From positions 1 through 53,664 of IMG/VR virus record IMGVR_UViG_3300045146_000572: a DNA stretch of 53,664 bases. One strand, given 5' to 3'. This DNA comes from a virus. Taxonomy: Duplodnaviria > Caudoviricetes. Shown here one piece after another: positions 36,957 through 44,760 of this stretch (within the stretch, counting starts at the first letter, position 1; the number at the start of each line of letters is the position of its first letter). Under the pieces are notes generated by a model. The model saw only the letters and a list, made by a program, of their open reading frames with translations, was not told where the DNA came from and ran no database searches. Position numbers and translations under genes: made by a program.

Positions 36957-37036
36957 AGTGTTTTTCTCCTTCATTAAATTAAAAAAGCCATCGGAGACTT
37001 TCCGATGGCTTCGAAAATCTCCGGTGAAATTTTATC
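36951..37036. repeat. 86-bp direct repeat, copy before Ro60 (Y-RNA 3' end + terminator + RBS + ATGAAA)
   Basis: Matches 38702-38787 with one mismatch. Confidence 0.95.
36981..37011 (-). terminator. Intrinsic terminator (duplicated copy)
   Basis: AAGCCATCGGA-AAGTC-TCCGATGGCTTTTTT. Confidence 0.85.
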
Positions 37037-37156
37037 GGTTCGCTTTAGCCGCCGCCGTGTGTAGCGGGCGATTCATCTGCTGGCGAGTTGCCAGGCAGGG
37101 GGAATTCGGATTGCATACCCACGCCAAAGGCGGTCGGCTGCAAGCGGTTGTTAGGC
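37030..37156 (-). mobile_element. Integron attC-like site 2 (R' replaced by GATAAAA)
   Basis: GCCTAAC-AACCGCTTGCAGCCGACCGCC...GGCGGCGGCTAAAGCG-AACC-G|ATAAAA. Confidence 0.8.
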
Positions 37157-37815
37157 AACGTAAAGACCGCTTCGGTTGTGCGGTAACGATTGCCATGCAT
37201 TTCAACCAGTGGGACAAAAGGCAACCAGTCGGCTTTTGTATTCTCACAGACTATGACTTCGCCCATGCGCTCGGAGCTCCATTGAGCCAGTGACGGATAA
37301 TCAATTTTGCTGTGGACATAATACTTCCCGCCTGTTTGATATGGCGGGTCAATAAACCAAGTCGCTTTTTGATTTTCAATCTCGGTGTAATCGCCCTGCC
37401 TGATTTCCCAATGGCGAATTTTCCAAAGGTTATCAGCGGCAAATTGCAACTTATAATTTTGTGTGTTCGGGCGGATTACGGTTTTCCACTTACTTGCTGT
37501 TTTCTTGGGCTGGCTTGGAGCTCCTACGATAATCATGCCTACAAACCACTTCGCTTCAATGCAATCAAAATTGTATTGGTCTGTCGTTTCACCAAACTTC
37601 AAGCGGGGCAAGCCCAGAACATCGGCGGGCGAACATTGCTGTAACCACTTCCAAACTTTGACAATCACTTCGTATTTGTCCACGAGCAAAACTTCGCGGT
37701 CAAAATACCGCAAGGCATATTGAGCCGTTCCCGCGAATGGTTCGATAACCTTCCCGAACTGCGGGGCTGGATAGTGACGAATGACTTTGCTCTTACTGCC
37801 GTAATAACTGAACAT
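37045..37815 (-). CDS. DNA adenine methyltransferase (D12/Dam-like), cassette gene
   Basis: FSYYGSK, IEPFAG, FIDPPY; ORF reads through the attC (PNNRLQPTAFG tail). Confidence 0.88.
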   Translation of the reverse strand: MFSYYGSKSKVIRHYPAPQFGKVIEPFAGTAQYALRYFDREVLLVDKYEVIVKVWKWLQQCSPADVLGLPRLKFGETTDQYNFDCIEAKWFVGMIIVGAPSQPKKTASKWKTVIRPNTQNYKLQFAADNLWKIRHWEIRQGDYTEIENQKATWFIDPPYQTGGKYYVHSKIDYPSLAQWSSERMGEVIVCENTKADWLPFVPLVEMHGNRYRTTEAVFTLPNNRLQPTAFGVGMQSEFPLPGNSPADESPATHGGG

Positions 37816-37825
37816 AATTTTAGCA

Positions 37826-37955
37826 ACCTAACGGTTCGCTTTACCTGCGCGGGGCGGGTGTAGTACCCTGCTCGGCGGGAGTAAAACCTTCGAGTGTAGA
37901 TTGACTCGGTTGGCGGGGAGAATCCCCCGCGTCCATGTGCAAGCGGTTGTTAGAA
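37826..37955 (-). mobile_element. Integron attC-like site 1
   Basis: TTCTAAC-AACCGCTTGCACATGGACGCGGGG...CCCCGCGCAGGTAAAGCG-AACC-GTTAGGT, 130 bp. Confidence 0.85.
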
Positions 37956-38707
37956 GGCGTAAAGAGCGGCTGTTGTGCAAGACGTTTGACCGTCAACTCA
38001 CAATATTTTTCAGAGACTTCTATGCCTATCGCCTTTCTGCCTGATAACCTTGCGGCTACAAGGCTCGTACCTGTTCCCGCAAACGGGTCAAACACGGTTT
38101 CATTTTCTGCACTCCATCCAGTAATTGCTCGTTGTGCCAAGTGAAGCGGGAATGTTGCGCCATGACCTTCTGTATTATCGCCGCGTTTCATGCGCCAAAT
38201 ATCTGGCATTTCACCACGCGGAAAATAAGACTTTGAAAATGCTCTACCTGCTGACGCTTCTTTCTCGAAAATCAGAATCAATTCAGCCGCCTTGTTTATA
38301 ACTGCGTTGTGCATGGCTGGCTGACCATGACCTTTATCCCAAACGATTACATCCTTTAGTTCTCGCGCAAACTGACCAATGATTTTGAAAACGGCTTCCT
38401 TGCTACCTGTGACAATTTGAATGTTCCAAAATACAAGCCCTGAAATTCTCATCATTTCGCGGAGGGCGTGACTGTGAAATTCAAAATATTCGTCAATTGA
38501 TAAATCATCGCCAAAGTGCGCGTACTTCTTACTGAAATGCTCGGAGTTCTCGCGGGTTGTGTACTCGCCGTTTCTTATGCGGGTTCGCATGTTATACGGT
38601 GGTGAAGTGACCGTGAGGCTACACAGATTATCAGGCAGTTCCGCCATGACATCGCGGCAATCGCCATTGTAAATTGTGACGCCATCCTGCTGGTAATAAG
38701 GTTTCAT
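37841..38707 (-). CDS. N4-C/N6-A DNA methyltransferase (beta class), cassette gene
   Basis: VTSPPYN, HGATFP, VFDPFAGTGT, GIEVSEKYC; reads through the attC (SNNRLHMDAG tail). Confidence 0.92.
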   Translation of the reverse strand: MKPYYQQDGVTIYNGDCRDVMAELPDNLCSLTVTSPPYNMRTRIRNGEYTTRENSEHFSKKYAHFGDDLSIDEYFEFHSHALREMMRISGLVFWNIQIVTGSKEAVFKIIGQFARELKDVIVWDKGHGQPAMHNAVINKAAELILIFEKEASAGRAFSKSYFPRGEMPDIWRMKRGDNTEGHGATFPLHLAQRAITGWSAENETVFDPFAGTGTSLVAARLSGRKAIGIEVSEKYCELTVKRLAQQPLFTPSNNRLHMDAGDSPRQPSQSTLEGFTPAEQGTTPAPRR

Positions 38708-38787
38708 CGTGTTTTTCTCCTTCATTAAATTAAAAAAGCCATCGGAGACTTTCCGATGGCTTCGAAAATCTCCGGTGAAATTTTATC
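38702..38787. repeat. 86-bp direct repeat, copy before MTase
   Basis: Matches 36951-37036. Confidence 0.95.
38732..38762 (-). terminator. Intrinsic terminator after the Y RNA array
   Basis: AAGCCATCGGA-AAGTC-TCCGATGGCTTTTTT. Confidence 0.85.
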
Positions 38788-38897
38788 ATCGGTTTAAGCG
38801 CTCTAACCACTGAGCTATCAGATTCTAAGAACTGAGGTGGATTCGAACCACCGACCGCTCGATATTGAGTCGAAGTAACCGATAAAGACGCACCGGA
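38771..38897 (-). ncRNA. yrlA: YrlA-type Y RNA with permuted tRNA-like domain
   Basis: Terminal stem TCCGGTG/CACCGGA; ATCGGTT/AACCGAT; T arm GGTGG-TTCGAAT-CCACC precedes a loop-closed acceptor TCAG/CTGA and D arm GCTC-AGTGGTTA-GAGC; adjacent to Ro60. Confidence 0.9.
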
Positions 38898-38904
38898 AAA
38901 TGGG

Positions 38905-38967
38905 AGCTGGGAAATATTTTGCCTCGGTCATTTTTTCTGCCGAAGTAACCGAAACAGGCGCCCAGCT
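38905..38967 (-). ncRNA. Minimal Y-RNA-like hairpin 2
   Basis: AGCTGGG/CCCAGCT stem; TGTTTCGGTTA/TGACCGAGGCA stem; shared TCGGTTACTTC motif. Confidence 0.75.
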
Positions 38968-38979
38968 TATATTTTAAAA

Positions 38980-39049
38980 GCAGGGAAGTCAGCGATTCGG
39001 AATTTTCGGTTTCATCAAATGAATGAAGTATCCGAATCAATCGCCCTGC
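38980..39049 (-). ncRNA. Minimal Y-RNA-like hairpin 3
   Basis: GCAGGG/CCCTGC stem; GATTCGGA/TCCGAATC stem; shared TCGGATACTTC motif. Confidence 0.75.
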
Positions 39050-39061
39050 AGTTTTTCAAAG

Positions 39062-39141
39062 AACTGGAGGGGCTGCGACGAAACAGCCCCATCCACAATA
39101 AAGGAGAAGAAAATGGCCTCAGGGTCATATTGATCCTGCGA
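39062..39141 (-). ncRNA. Structured leader/sRNA with anti-SD tract between two hairpins
   Basis: CAGGATCA/TGACCCTG hairpin - CCATTTTCTTCTCCTTTATTGT - GGGGCTG/CAGCCCC hairpin. Confidence 0.5.
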
Positions 39142-39147
39142 CGTTAA

Positions 39148-39176
39148 AATATATAAAAAAATTAAAAAAATGTCAA
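39148..39176 (-). promoter_or_regulatory. Sigma70-type promoter TTGACA-17-TATATT of the Y RNA/Ro60 unit
   Basis: Near-consensus boxes. Confidence 0.8.
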
Positions 39177-39253
39177 GAAAATTTTAAAAAACTTTTGCGC
39201 AAAATGTGCTGATCGATAGAGTGCTGCCGGCTGGAGAGATTGCTGCAGGTGCA

Positions 39254-39291
39254 TATTGAACGGTCAAAATGTCTGAAAGGAATTCGTTCAT
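39254..39291. repeat. Intergenic repeated element copy 2
   Basis: TATTGAACG-N11-TGAAAGGAATTCGTTCAT, as at 10181-10219. Confidence 0.7.
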
Positions 39292-39360
39292 GCACTGTAT
39301 AATCGAGCAGGAAATCCAATGCAGGGGATTGAAAACCACCTGCTTTCCACCCTGCAAAGC

Positions 39361-39390
39361 AAAAAAAAAGACCTGCACTTCTGCAGGTCT
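39361..39390 (-). terminator. Intrinsic terminator ending the late (tail/holin) operon
   Basis: AGACCTGCA-GAAG-TGCAGGTCT followed by a T run. Confidence 0.85.
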
Positions 39391-39400
39391 GCATGGCTGA

Positions 39401-39667
39401 TTATCGCTTTCTTGCTTTCCGGCTCCACATTGGTTTCCAAAAAAGATGGAACGCAGCCGTTGCGATGGTGAAAAATAATGGAATGTTAAGCAGGTTGATC
39501 GGAGTAGCCATAATGACCATTGTCACCAGAGCAGTCACTGCGGACAGCCCTCCCGCAATCAGGAACCTCAACCACGATTGTTTGACATACCTCACAATCC
39601 ATTCGATGACAATCGGCGCGAAAAGAGCCAGTACGCTTAGTACGATTTCAGGAAATTGAAATTCCAT
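39401..39667 (-). CDS. Putative holin
   Basis: 88 aa, three TM segments, basic C-terminus, end of late operon. Confidence 0.65.
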   Translation of the reverse strand: MEFQFPEIVLSVLALFAPIVIEWIVRYVKQSWLRFLIAGGLSAVTALVTMVIMATPINLLNIPLFFTIATAAFHLFWKPMWSRKARKR

Positions 39668-39676
39668 AGAGTCCTC

Positions 39677-39994
39677 CTATTTTGGTGGTGATGTTAGTAT
39701 TAATTTCCACACTGCAATCGCAGTGGTAATTGCCCACACAAGACCCTGAGCAATGATCGCGTTGCGGATTTGCTTTTGTCTATCCTTCCAGTTCACAACG
39801 AATTCGGATATTTTTTGTACCTCACTGCACATTCCCGTTCCTCCGTTGCCTTTGCCTGTTAATAATTTCCATATATTTCCCACCTCACCGTCTATTCTTG
39901 CAAGTTCACTTTCGAGAGTTTCTAAACGCATCCTCAAGACTTCGAAATGATCTTCCATAGCAGCTCTTGCCGATCTATTATCTGACTGTGACAT
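39677..39994 (-). CDS. Coiled-coil protein with C-terminal TM (holin/XhlA-like)
   Basis: LLTGKGNGGTGM motif; C-terminal hydrophobic helix. Confidence 0.55.
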   Translation of the reverse strand: MSQSDNRSARAAMEDHFEVLRMRLETLESELARIDGEVGNIWKLLTGKGNGGTGMCSEVQKISEFVVNWKDRQKQIRNAIIAQGLVWAITTAIAVWKLILTSPPK

Positions 39995-40310
39995 CTTCCT
40001 TCACTATTATTTTTTTTGAATGTTCAAGAGTTGCGCCATATTGCCATTCGATAAACAAATCCAAAACGGAATTCGTCTCTAATACTGAAGTTATGGCTTT
40101 TTCCACATGTATGTCAAGGGTAACTTTTGTCAGCGACTCATCAAAAGTATAACCAGTACCACCTGCGGCTATCGTAGAGAGGAGGTTTATCCCGAGATAA
40201 GTCAGAAATTTACTTCCGCTCAAATTTCCTGTTGTAAACCTACTGTTGGTGATGTGAATCTTAAAATCCCAACAGAAGCCCTTTTCAAACTGCTCAATTG
40301 CTATGCTCAC
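39978..40310 (-). CDS. Hypothetical tail-module protein
   Basis: Likely GTG start MSIAIEQF; beta-rich. Confidence 0.5.
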   Translation of the reverse strand: MSIAIEQFEKGFCWDFKIHITNSRFTTGNLSGSKFLTYLGINLLSTIAAGGTGYTFDESLTKVTLDIHVEKAITSVLETNSVLDLFIEWQYGATLEHSKKIIVKEDVTVR

Positions 40311-40512
40311 CTTCGACCTCGTAATTATAATCAAAGTCAATGGAATAATTGGTTTCTTCCACGTTTATATCAAGGGTTGCCTCGATTATTTGATTTGACA
40401 ATTCGTTACTGTTTAGTTCCAAGACAAACGGACTATCCGAATCGAATAAAATTTCAAAGTCCTCGGACGGACTCGGAATCATATCAGATCTGTTCAGAAA
40501 ATAACTGATCAC
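40294..40512 (-). CDS. Small acidic hypothetical protein
   Basis: Coupled ORF. Confidence 0.45.
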   Translation of the reverse strand: MISYFLNRSDMIPSPSEDFEILFDSDSPFVLELNSNELSNQIIEATLDINVEETNYSIDFDYNYEVEGEHSN

Positions 40513-42164
40513 CTTGGAACCATCCTTTTTATACCATCAGTTCCCGACACTAAACCGTCCTTATCTAAATAACAATCGAATACCATTAAAACATTGCCAT
40601 CTTCGTCTTTCAACGTAAGAGTGTCCTCGTCAGGATCGATAATTTGCTCACATCTGTGGTATTTTCTAAGATCGGTTACTCCTTGCTCGTCTGCCATTAT
40701 CTGATCTGTTGCGAATCTTGCGGTCTGGCTTATACTACCACCCGCCTCGATAAAATCTGAATATCCTGTGGGCAAAGGGAAATTTCCACGTATCGTTATA
40801 GAACCTCCCGTGCAGCTACCATCAATTATCAACCTTCCGGCGCCGTCCAGAATCAACTCATCACCTGCACTCATGTTTGTTATTTTGACACCACCCGCCC
40901 AATTACGGAGCATTATCTTCGCTCCGGCGGAATAGACAAAGGTCTGAACATCGTCACTTTCGTTACAATCTCGGCAATTCATAATAAAGTAAACATCACC
41001 AGCCACCGTAGTAAAAGTACCCTTCATCCGGCAATTACTTAGATAGCAATGCTCAAGAGTTACGTTCCCGATGCCACAGTTTTCTATGAAAATATCGTCA
41101 CCAATTCCTATGCCGCTGATAGTATAAAGCCCTTCAAAATTCGAATCTGCAATCGACTGCCCGTTCAGGTCGACCTTCCCGCCTCCTGAAAATATCCAAC
41201 TATCTGAATTTGTCGAAAGAGTTATTAGCGTACCAGGAGCTACTTTCAATTTACTCAATCCAATTGCAGTGCATATTGCAAGAGCGTCAGTTAACGAGGC
41301 AACAGGATTGTCCGCTGTTCCGTGAACGAATGCTGTAGTTCCGGCCTCTCCTTTGATTGAGTCTATCCAGACGGCTCCCTCAAGATATCCAACAGTCAAT
41401 CCTATGTTGGCTCCGGCAACAAGCAATTCGTCAATATACAAAACAGGAGAAGTCATTCCACTGCACACAAAACGCAGATAAACCCATCCCGCTTCCGTTC
41501 CGGTACCTGTGTGATTTTGAAGTAAGGCAATGTCCTTGGTAATATTAGTTGACGTGTTTTGACCATTAATAATGGCTCTCGTGTCCCATGTTGATCCATT
41601 ATAAGCCTGAACTGTTATAGTGTCGTTCGAACTTAAAAGATAGCCTTTTAGGACGGCTTTTGATGCATTTCTTCCCGCGCCAATATTAAAGGAATAAACA
41701 ATATCGATAGCATTACCGGAATGAGTGATCTGGTGCTTTATGCCGTCATCTGCGTATGTGCTTAAATAAGTGCCTGAAGATTGTACTCCGACAAAACCGA
41801 TTCCCTTTATAGCGCCGGAAACATTGCAGGCTTGAGCAGCGTAATTTAAAGCAGCGCCAGTTCCGGAACCTATCGAACCGACAGCGTTCAAAATATCGTC
41901 TGGATATCCGCCTATTTCAATTTTGCCATACTGACTCATAGTTCCATCGCTCATAATCCAGAGATAAACAGTTCTCGAAACAGGCTGAATGATTATATCG
42001 CTTGAGTACCATCTAAAAACACCTGTAGAAGCTATTTCATTGCACGTACCTGCCGTTAATGAAATTATACTTTCTGTTGCAGGATCGTATAATACCATTG
42101 TAACTGTCGCGCCAGTATCAAACTTTCCAAGCACACAAACAATTTCGGACAATCGGTATCTCAT
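40509..42164 (-). CDS. Tail fibre/spike-like protein with possible beta-helix
   Basis: GAVWIDS..GEAGT...GTADNPVASLTDAL motif; repetitive beta strands. Confidence 0.6.
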   Translation of the reverse strand: MRYRLSEIVCVLGKFDTGATVTMVLYDPATESIISLTAGTCNEIASTGVFRWYSSDIIIQPVSRTVYLWIMSDGTMSQYGKIEIGGYPDDILNAVGSIGSGTGAALNYAAQACNVSGAIKGIGFVGVQSSGTYLSTYADDGIKHQITHSGNAIDIVYSFNIGAGRNASKAVLKGYLLSSNDTITVQAYNGSTWDTRAIINGQNTSTNITKDIALLQNHTGTGTEAGWVYLRFVCSGMTSPVLYIDELLVAGANIGLTVGYLEGAVWIDSIKGEAGTTAFVHGTADNPVASLTDALAICTAIGLSKLKVAPGTLITLSTNSDSWIFSGGGKVDLNGQSIADSNFEGLYTISGIGIGDDIFIENCGIGNVTLEHCYLSNCRMKGTFTTVAGDVYFIMNCRDCNESDDVQTFVYSAGAKIMLRNWAGGVKITNMSAGDELILDGAGRLIIDGSCTGGSITIRGNFPLPTGYSDFIEAGGSISQTARFATDQIMADEQGVTDLRKYHRCEQIIDPDEDTLTLKDEDGNVLMVFDCYLDKDGLVSGTDGIKRMVPR

Positions 42165-44302
42165 AGTGACGCCTGCTCCTGATCAATTCTTACCGATTCT
42201 CTTTTCAAAGAAAAGATTAAATTTTTTGCTGATGAGACTTGACTAATATTCAGCAAATATGGTTCGTACCCTTCCTTTTTTATCCTTATTACGATATTGT
42301 TCATCAGAGTGGTTTTCGACCAAAATTTATAATTAGCTCCGCCACAAGTATAGCCATCAGTATTCAGCGGATCGTATTCGACTGTGTAACATTTTACGTT
42401 TTGTGTTGTTATAGTTCCATCTGCTCCCGTGGAAGCCGTATAAATATTAGGAACGGCTGCAGAATTAATTATTGAAACGGAGGCACCGGATATCGGACTG
42501 CCGGCCGAGTTCATTACTTTTATGTCGATATTAAAAAAAAAGTTAAACATGAATATTGATCCAACACCATAATCCGGCGGAGTTGACGAGGGCGAATACC
42601 TGAATAAAATTCGTATTAATTTGTTGCTTCTCTCAAGGCTTGTAACGTTGTAGCAATTCCATACTTTATTAAAAACATATCCAGCCATAGTATTGTTATA
42701 CTCAAGAGCAATATCAAAATTGTATATCGAACCGGAGGCCTGATTTGCCGCATCATTCTGTATTTGGGCGAATTCGATCTCCGTCATTTCAAATACCTGT
42801 GGAGTTCCGTATGACGAAGGAGTCGTTATCATCGAGCAATAATTGAGCTTAGTATTACGTATATAATCATTATTGTCCGGATAGCGGATCATCTGTGTGT
42901 AGTTATTCTGTTTCCACAATGCACCGTAGATAATATATCCACTCAAAGGTTCGTAAGCAGTCCCCTGATAAGTAGTAGTATTATATGGCGTAAAATTTGC
43001 TATAACCTTTATATTATCATAAACATAAGCATCGCCATTCACGTCTATTCTGGTGTTCTTGACGGAGAGGTGAGGATTATTCCAATAACTATCATTCAAT
43101 CGTTCAAAAAACAAATAGGAACTGGTAAACTGGATCATGGCTGACGACAAATTTCCACTGCCCACACGACCATGGATGAAAGTAAAATTTTTGTCATACC
43201 ATTCAATGGGAGTACTAAATGTTGCTGATTGCGAACAAATACAACCACGTAAAATCAGTTTCTGGTTATAATAATCGTCGCTTGACGTAGCCGAGAGTAC
43301 TCTGTCATAAAACAACAAAGCGCTTTTTCCAATTATACCTCCCGCCTTGATCGCAGCCGCAACATATCTCCACTGATTTAAATAATCCGAATTTGTTATA
43401 TAAATCAATGCTGCCGATTCTGTTTCCAACATGCCGACAGGCAATGAATACGCTACGGTAGTCCCTGCGGAATCGGAATATTTTCTCATCGCAATCTCGG
43501 GATGAGCCATCCTGCTGCAAACACTTCCATTAGTGCTTCGTTCCCACAAAGTAGTAGTGTTCCATTGGTGATTAATATTGTCAATCGTTACCGAGTCAAA
43601 ATATCTGAATTTTGACCCGTCAGCTGCTGTCGTTAAATATGATTCCACTGCTCCATAATAATAATACGACCCTCCCCATCGACTGTGCCCATAGTTATTA
43701 TAATCTGAACCAACAGGATATCGCCATTCAGACGAAAACATCGGATTATTCGTATTTAACCATTGGAACTTTGTTCCGTCACCACGAAGCATTGAATAAT
43801 AATCCCATTTATGATATATTGTTAAATTACCATTGAACCCTGTTGGTTCATCTGGAATACCGGGCGTATTATACCAATAACTCGCTCCGTCATCTACAAC
43901 CCACGTTGCCGTTATGTCAAACAGATTACCGGATGCGTTTGAGATGGTGTACTTGCCAGTATAGTTTACTGTACCCCTCAAGTAAACAGAGACTCCATTC
44001 GACAATCCGTGCTCAATATCGGTTTGTACCCTGACGATTCCACCGCCGACGTTTGAGTATGAAACAACCCCGCCGCCTTTTTCATAAATTTCCATCTTTA
44101 TCTTTTTATTGACAGCAGTCGTAACGCATGACATCTGATTCGATGCCTTTCCCGGAACGTACCCGTAATATGCGCCGTTATCGAACGGACAAAAGGCATT
44201 AAAAGTAATGAAATAAAAACTTTTACTTTCCGGTAGAGAGCCGCCTGCTACCGCCTCAACCCAAATCCATGGTTTATCGAGAGTGTAAATTATAACTGCC
44301 AT
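42161..44302 (-). CDS. Large tail-associated protein with C-terminal carboxypeptidase-regulatory-like domain
   Basis: DIEHGLSNGVSVYLRGTVNYTGKYTIS module; GSPISGASVSI...STGADG...IKKEGY; Tyr/Asn-rich. Confidence 0.55.
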   Translation of the reverse strand: MAVIIYTLDKPWIWVEAVAGGSLPESKSFYFITFNAFCPFDNGAYYGYVPGKASNQMSCVTTAVNKKIKMEIYEKGGGVVSYSNVGGGIVRVQTDIEHGLSNGVSVYLRGTVNYTGKYTISNASGNLFDITATWVVDDGASYWYNTPGIPDEPTGFNGNLTIYHKWDYYSMLRGDGTKFQWLNTNNPMFSSEWRYPVGSDYNNYGHSRWGGSYYYYGAVESYLTTAADGSKFRYFDSVTIDNINHQWNTTTLWERSTNGSVCSRMAHPEIAMRKYSDSAGTTVAYSLPVGMLETESAALIYITNSDYLNQWRYVAAAIKAGGIIGKSALLFYDRVLSATSSDDYYNQKLILRGCICSQSATFSTPIEWYDKNFTFIHGRVGSGNLSSAMIQFTSSYLFFERLNDSYWNNPHLSVKNTRIDVNGDAYVYDNIKVIANFTPYNTTTYQGTAYEPLSGYIIYGALWKQNNYTQMIRYPDNNDYIRNTKLNYCSMITTPSSYGTPQVFEMTEIEFAQIQNDAANQASGSIYNFDIALEYNNTMAGYVFNKVWNCYNVTSLERSNKLIRILFRYSPSSTPPDYGVGSIFMFNFFFNIDIKVMNSAGSPISGASVSIINSAAVPNIYTASTGADGTITTQNVKCYTVEYDPLNTDGYTCGGANYKFWSKTTLMNNIVIRIKKEGYEPYLLNISQVSSAKNLIFSLKRESVRIDQEQASL

Positions 44303-44607
44303 TATCCTTCCGAATCCAATAAGGTCAATATGCTTTGATTCCTTGTGAGATTGTCATTTAAATAGACAAGTTCATCCTTTATTTTCCTGTTATGCTCATC
44401 TATTGCTTCGATCTGATTAGCAGTCGCATTTTGCGGATATATCGCAAGACTATTATTTACGTTGGAAATTATATCCTGCAGACGCATAATTTCCCGTTCT
44501 AAGTCAGACTTAATAATAACAGGATTGCCGGCCACATTATCTTCGATATACATATATCTGTCCGTTACGGATCCATCGTCATTCGGAATTAATAACCACC
44601 TACCCAT
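44302..44607 (-). CDS. Hypothetical protein
   Basis: Coupled ORF. Confidence 0.55.
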   Translation of the reverse strand: MGRWLLIPNDDGSVTDRYMYIEDNVAGNPVIIKSDLEREIMRLQDIISNVNNSLAIYPQNATANQIEAIDEHNRKIKDELVYLNDNLTRNQSILTLLDSEG

Positions 44608-44752
44608 TCTTGACTGCCCTCCCGGAATTTTGCTTTTCGAGCTTTTTAGACTCGATATTCTGTTTTATCTTTTTTGAATCGATCAGTCCGAATTCTTTAA
44701 GTATCATTTCCGCACGCCTTAACTTTATCCAATCTTTGAGCCATTGTTCCAT
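44600..44752 (-). CDS. Hypothetical protein (50 aa, not in ORF track)
   Basis: GAGGTG RBS; MEQWLKDWIKLRRAEMILKEFG... Confidence 0.5.
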   Translation of the reverse strand: MEQWLKDWIKLRRAEMILKEFGLIDSKKIKQNIESKKLEKQNSGRAVKNG

Positions 44753-44760
44753 ACTTCACC

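Noticed and set aside
36957-36974. Shared MKEKNT N-terminus on Ro60 and the MTase
   Set aside because: It is the duplicated RBS region; real starts are 36956 and 38707
36951-38787. Diversity-generating retroelement TR/VR pair or IS target duplication
   Set aside because: No reverse transcriptase or transposase; only one mismatch; 86 bp is too long for an IS duplication
38795-38875. Canonical tRNA gene
   Set aside because: T arm precedes D arm and the acceptor is loop-closed, which is YrlA topology
38771-39049. CRISPR mini-array from the repeated GAAGTA(A/T)CCGA
   Set aside because: Only 11 nt, irregular spacing, no cas genes; explained as a Y-RNA motif
39173-39394. Short ORFs after the holin
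   Set aside because: Overlap the terminator and repeated element; no RBS
39978-40512. Frameshifted single gene
   Set aside because: Second ORF has its own GTG start and RBS-like sequence
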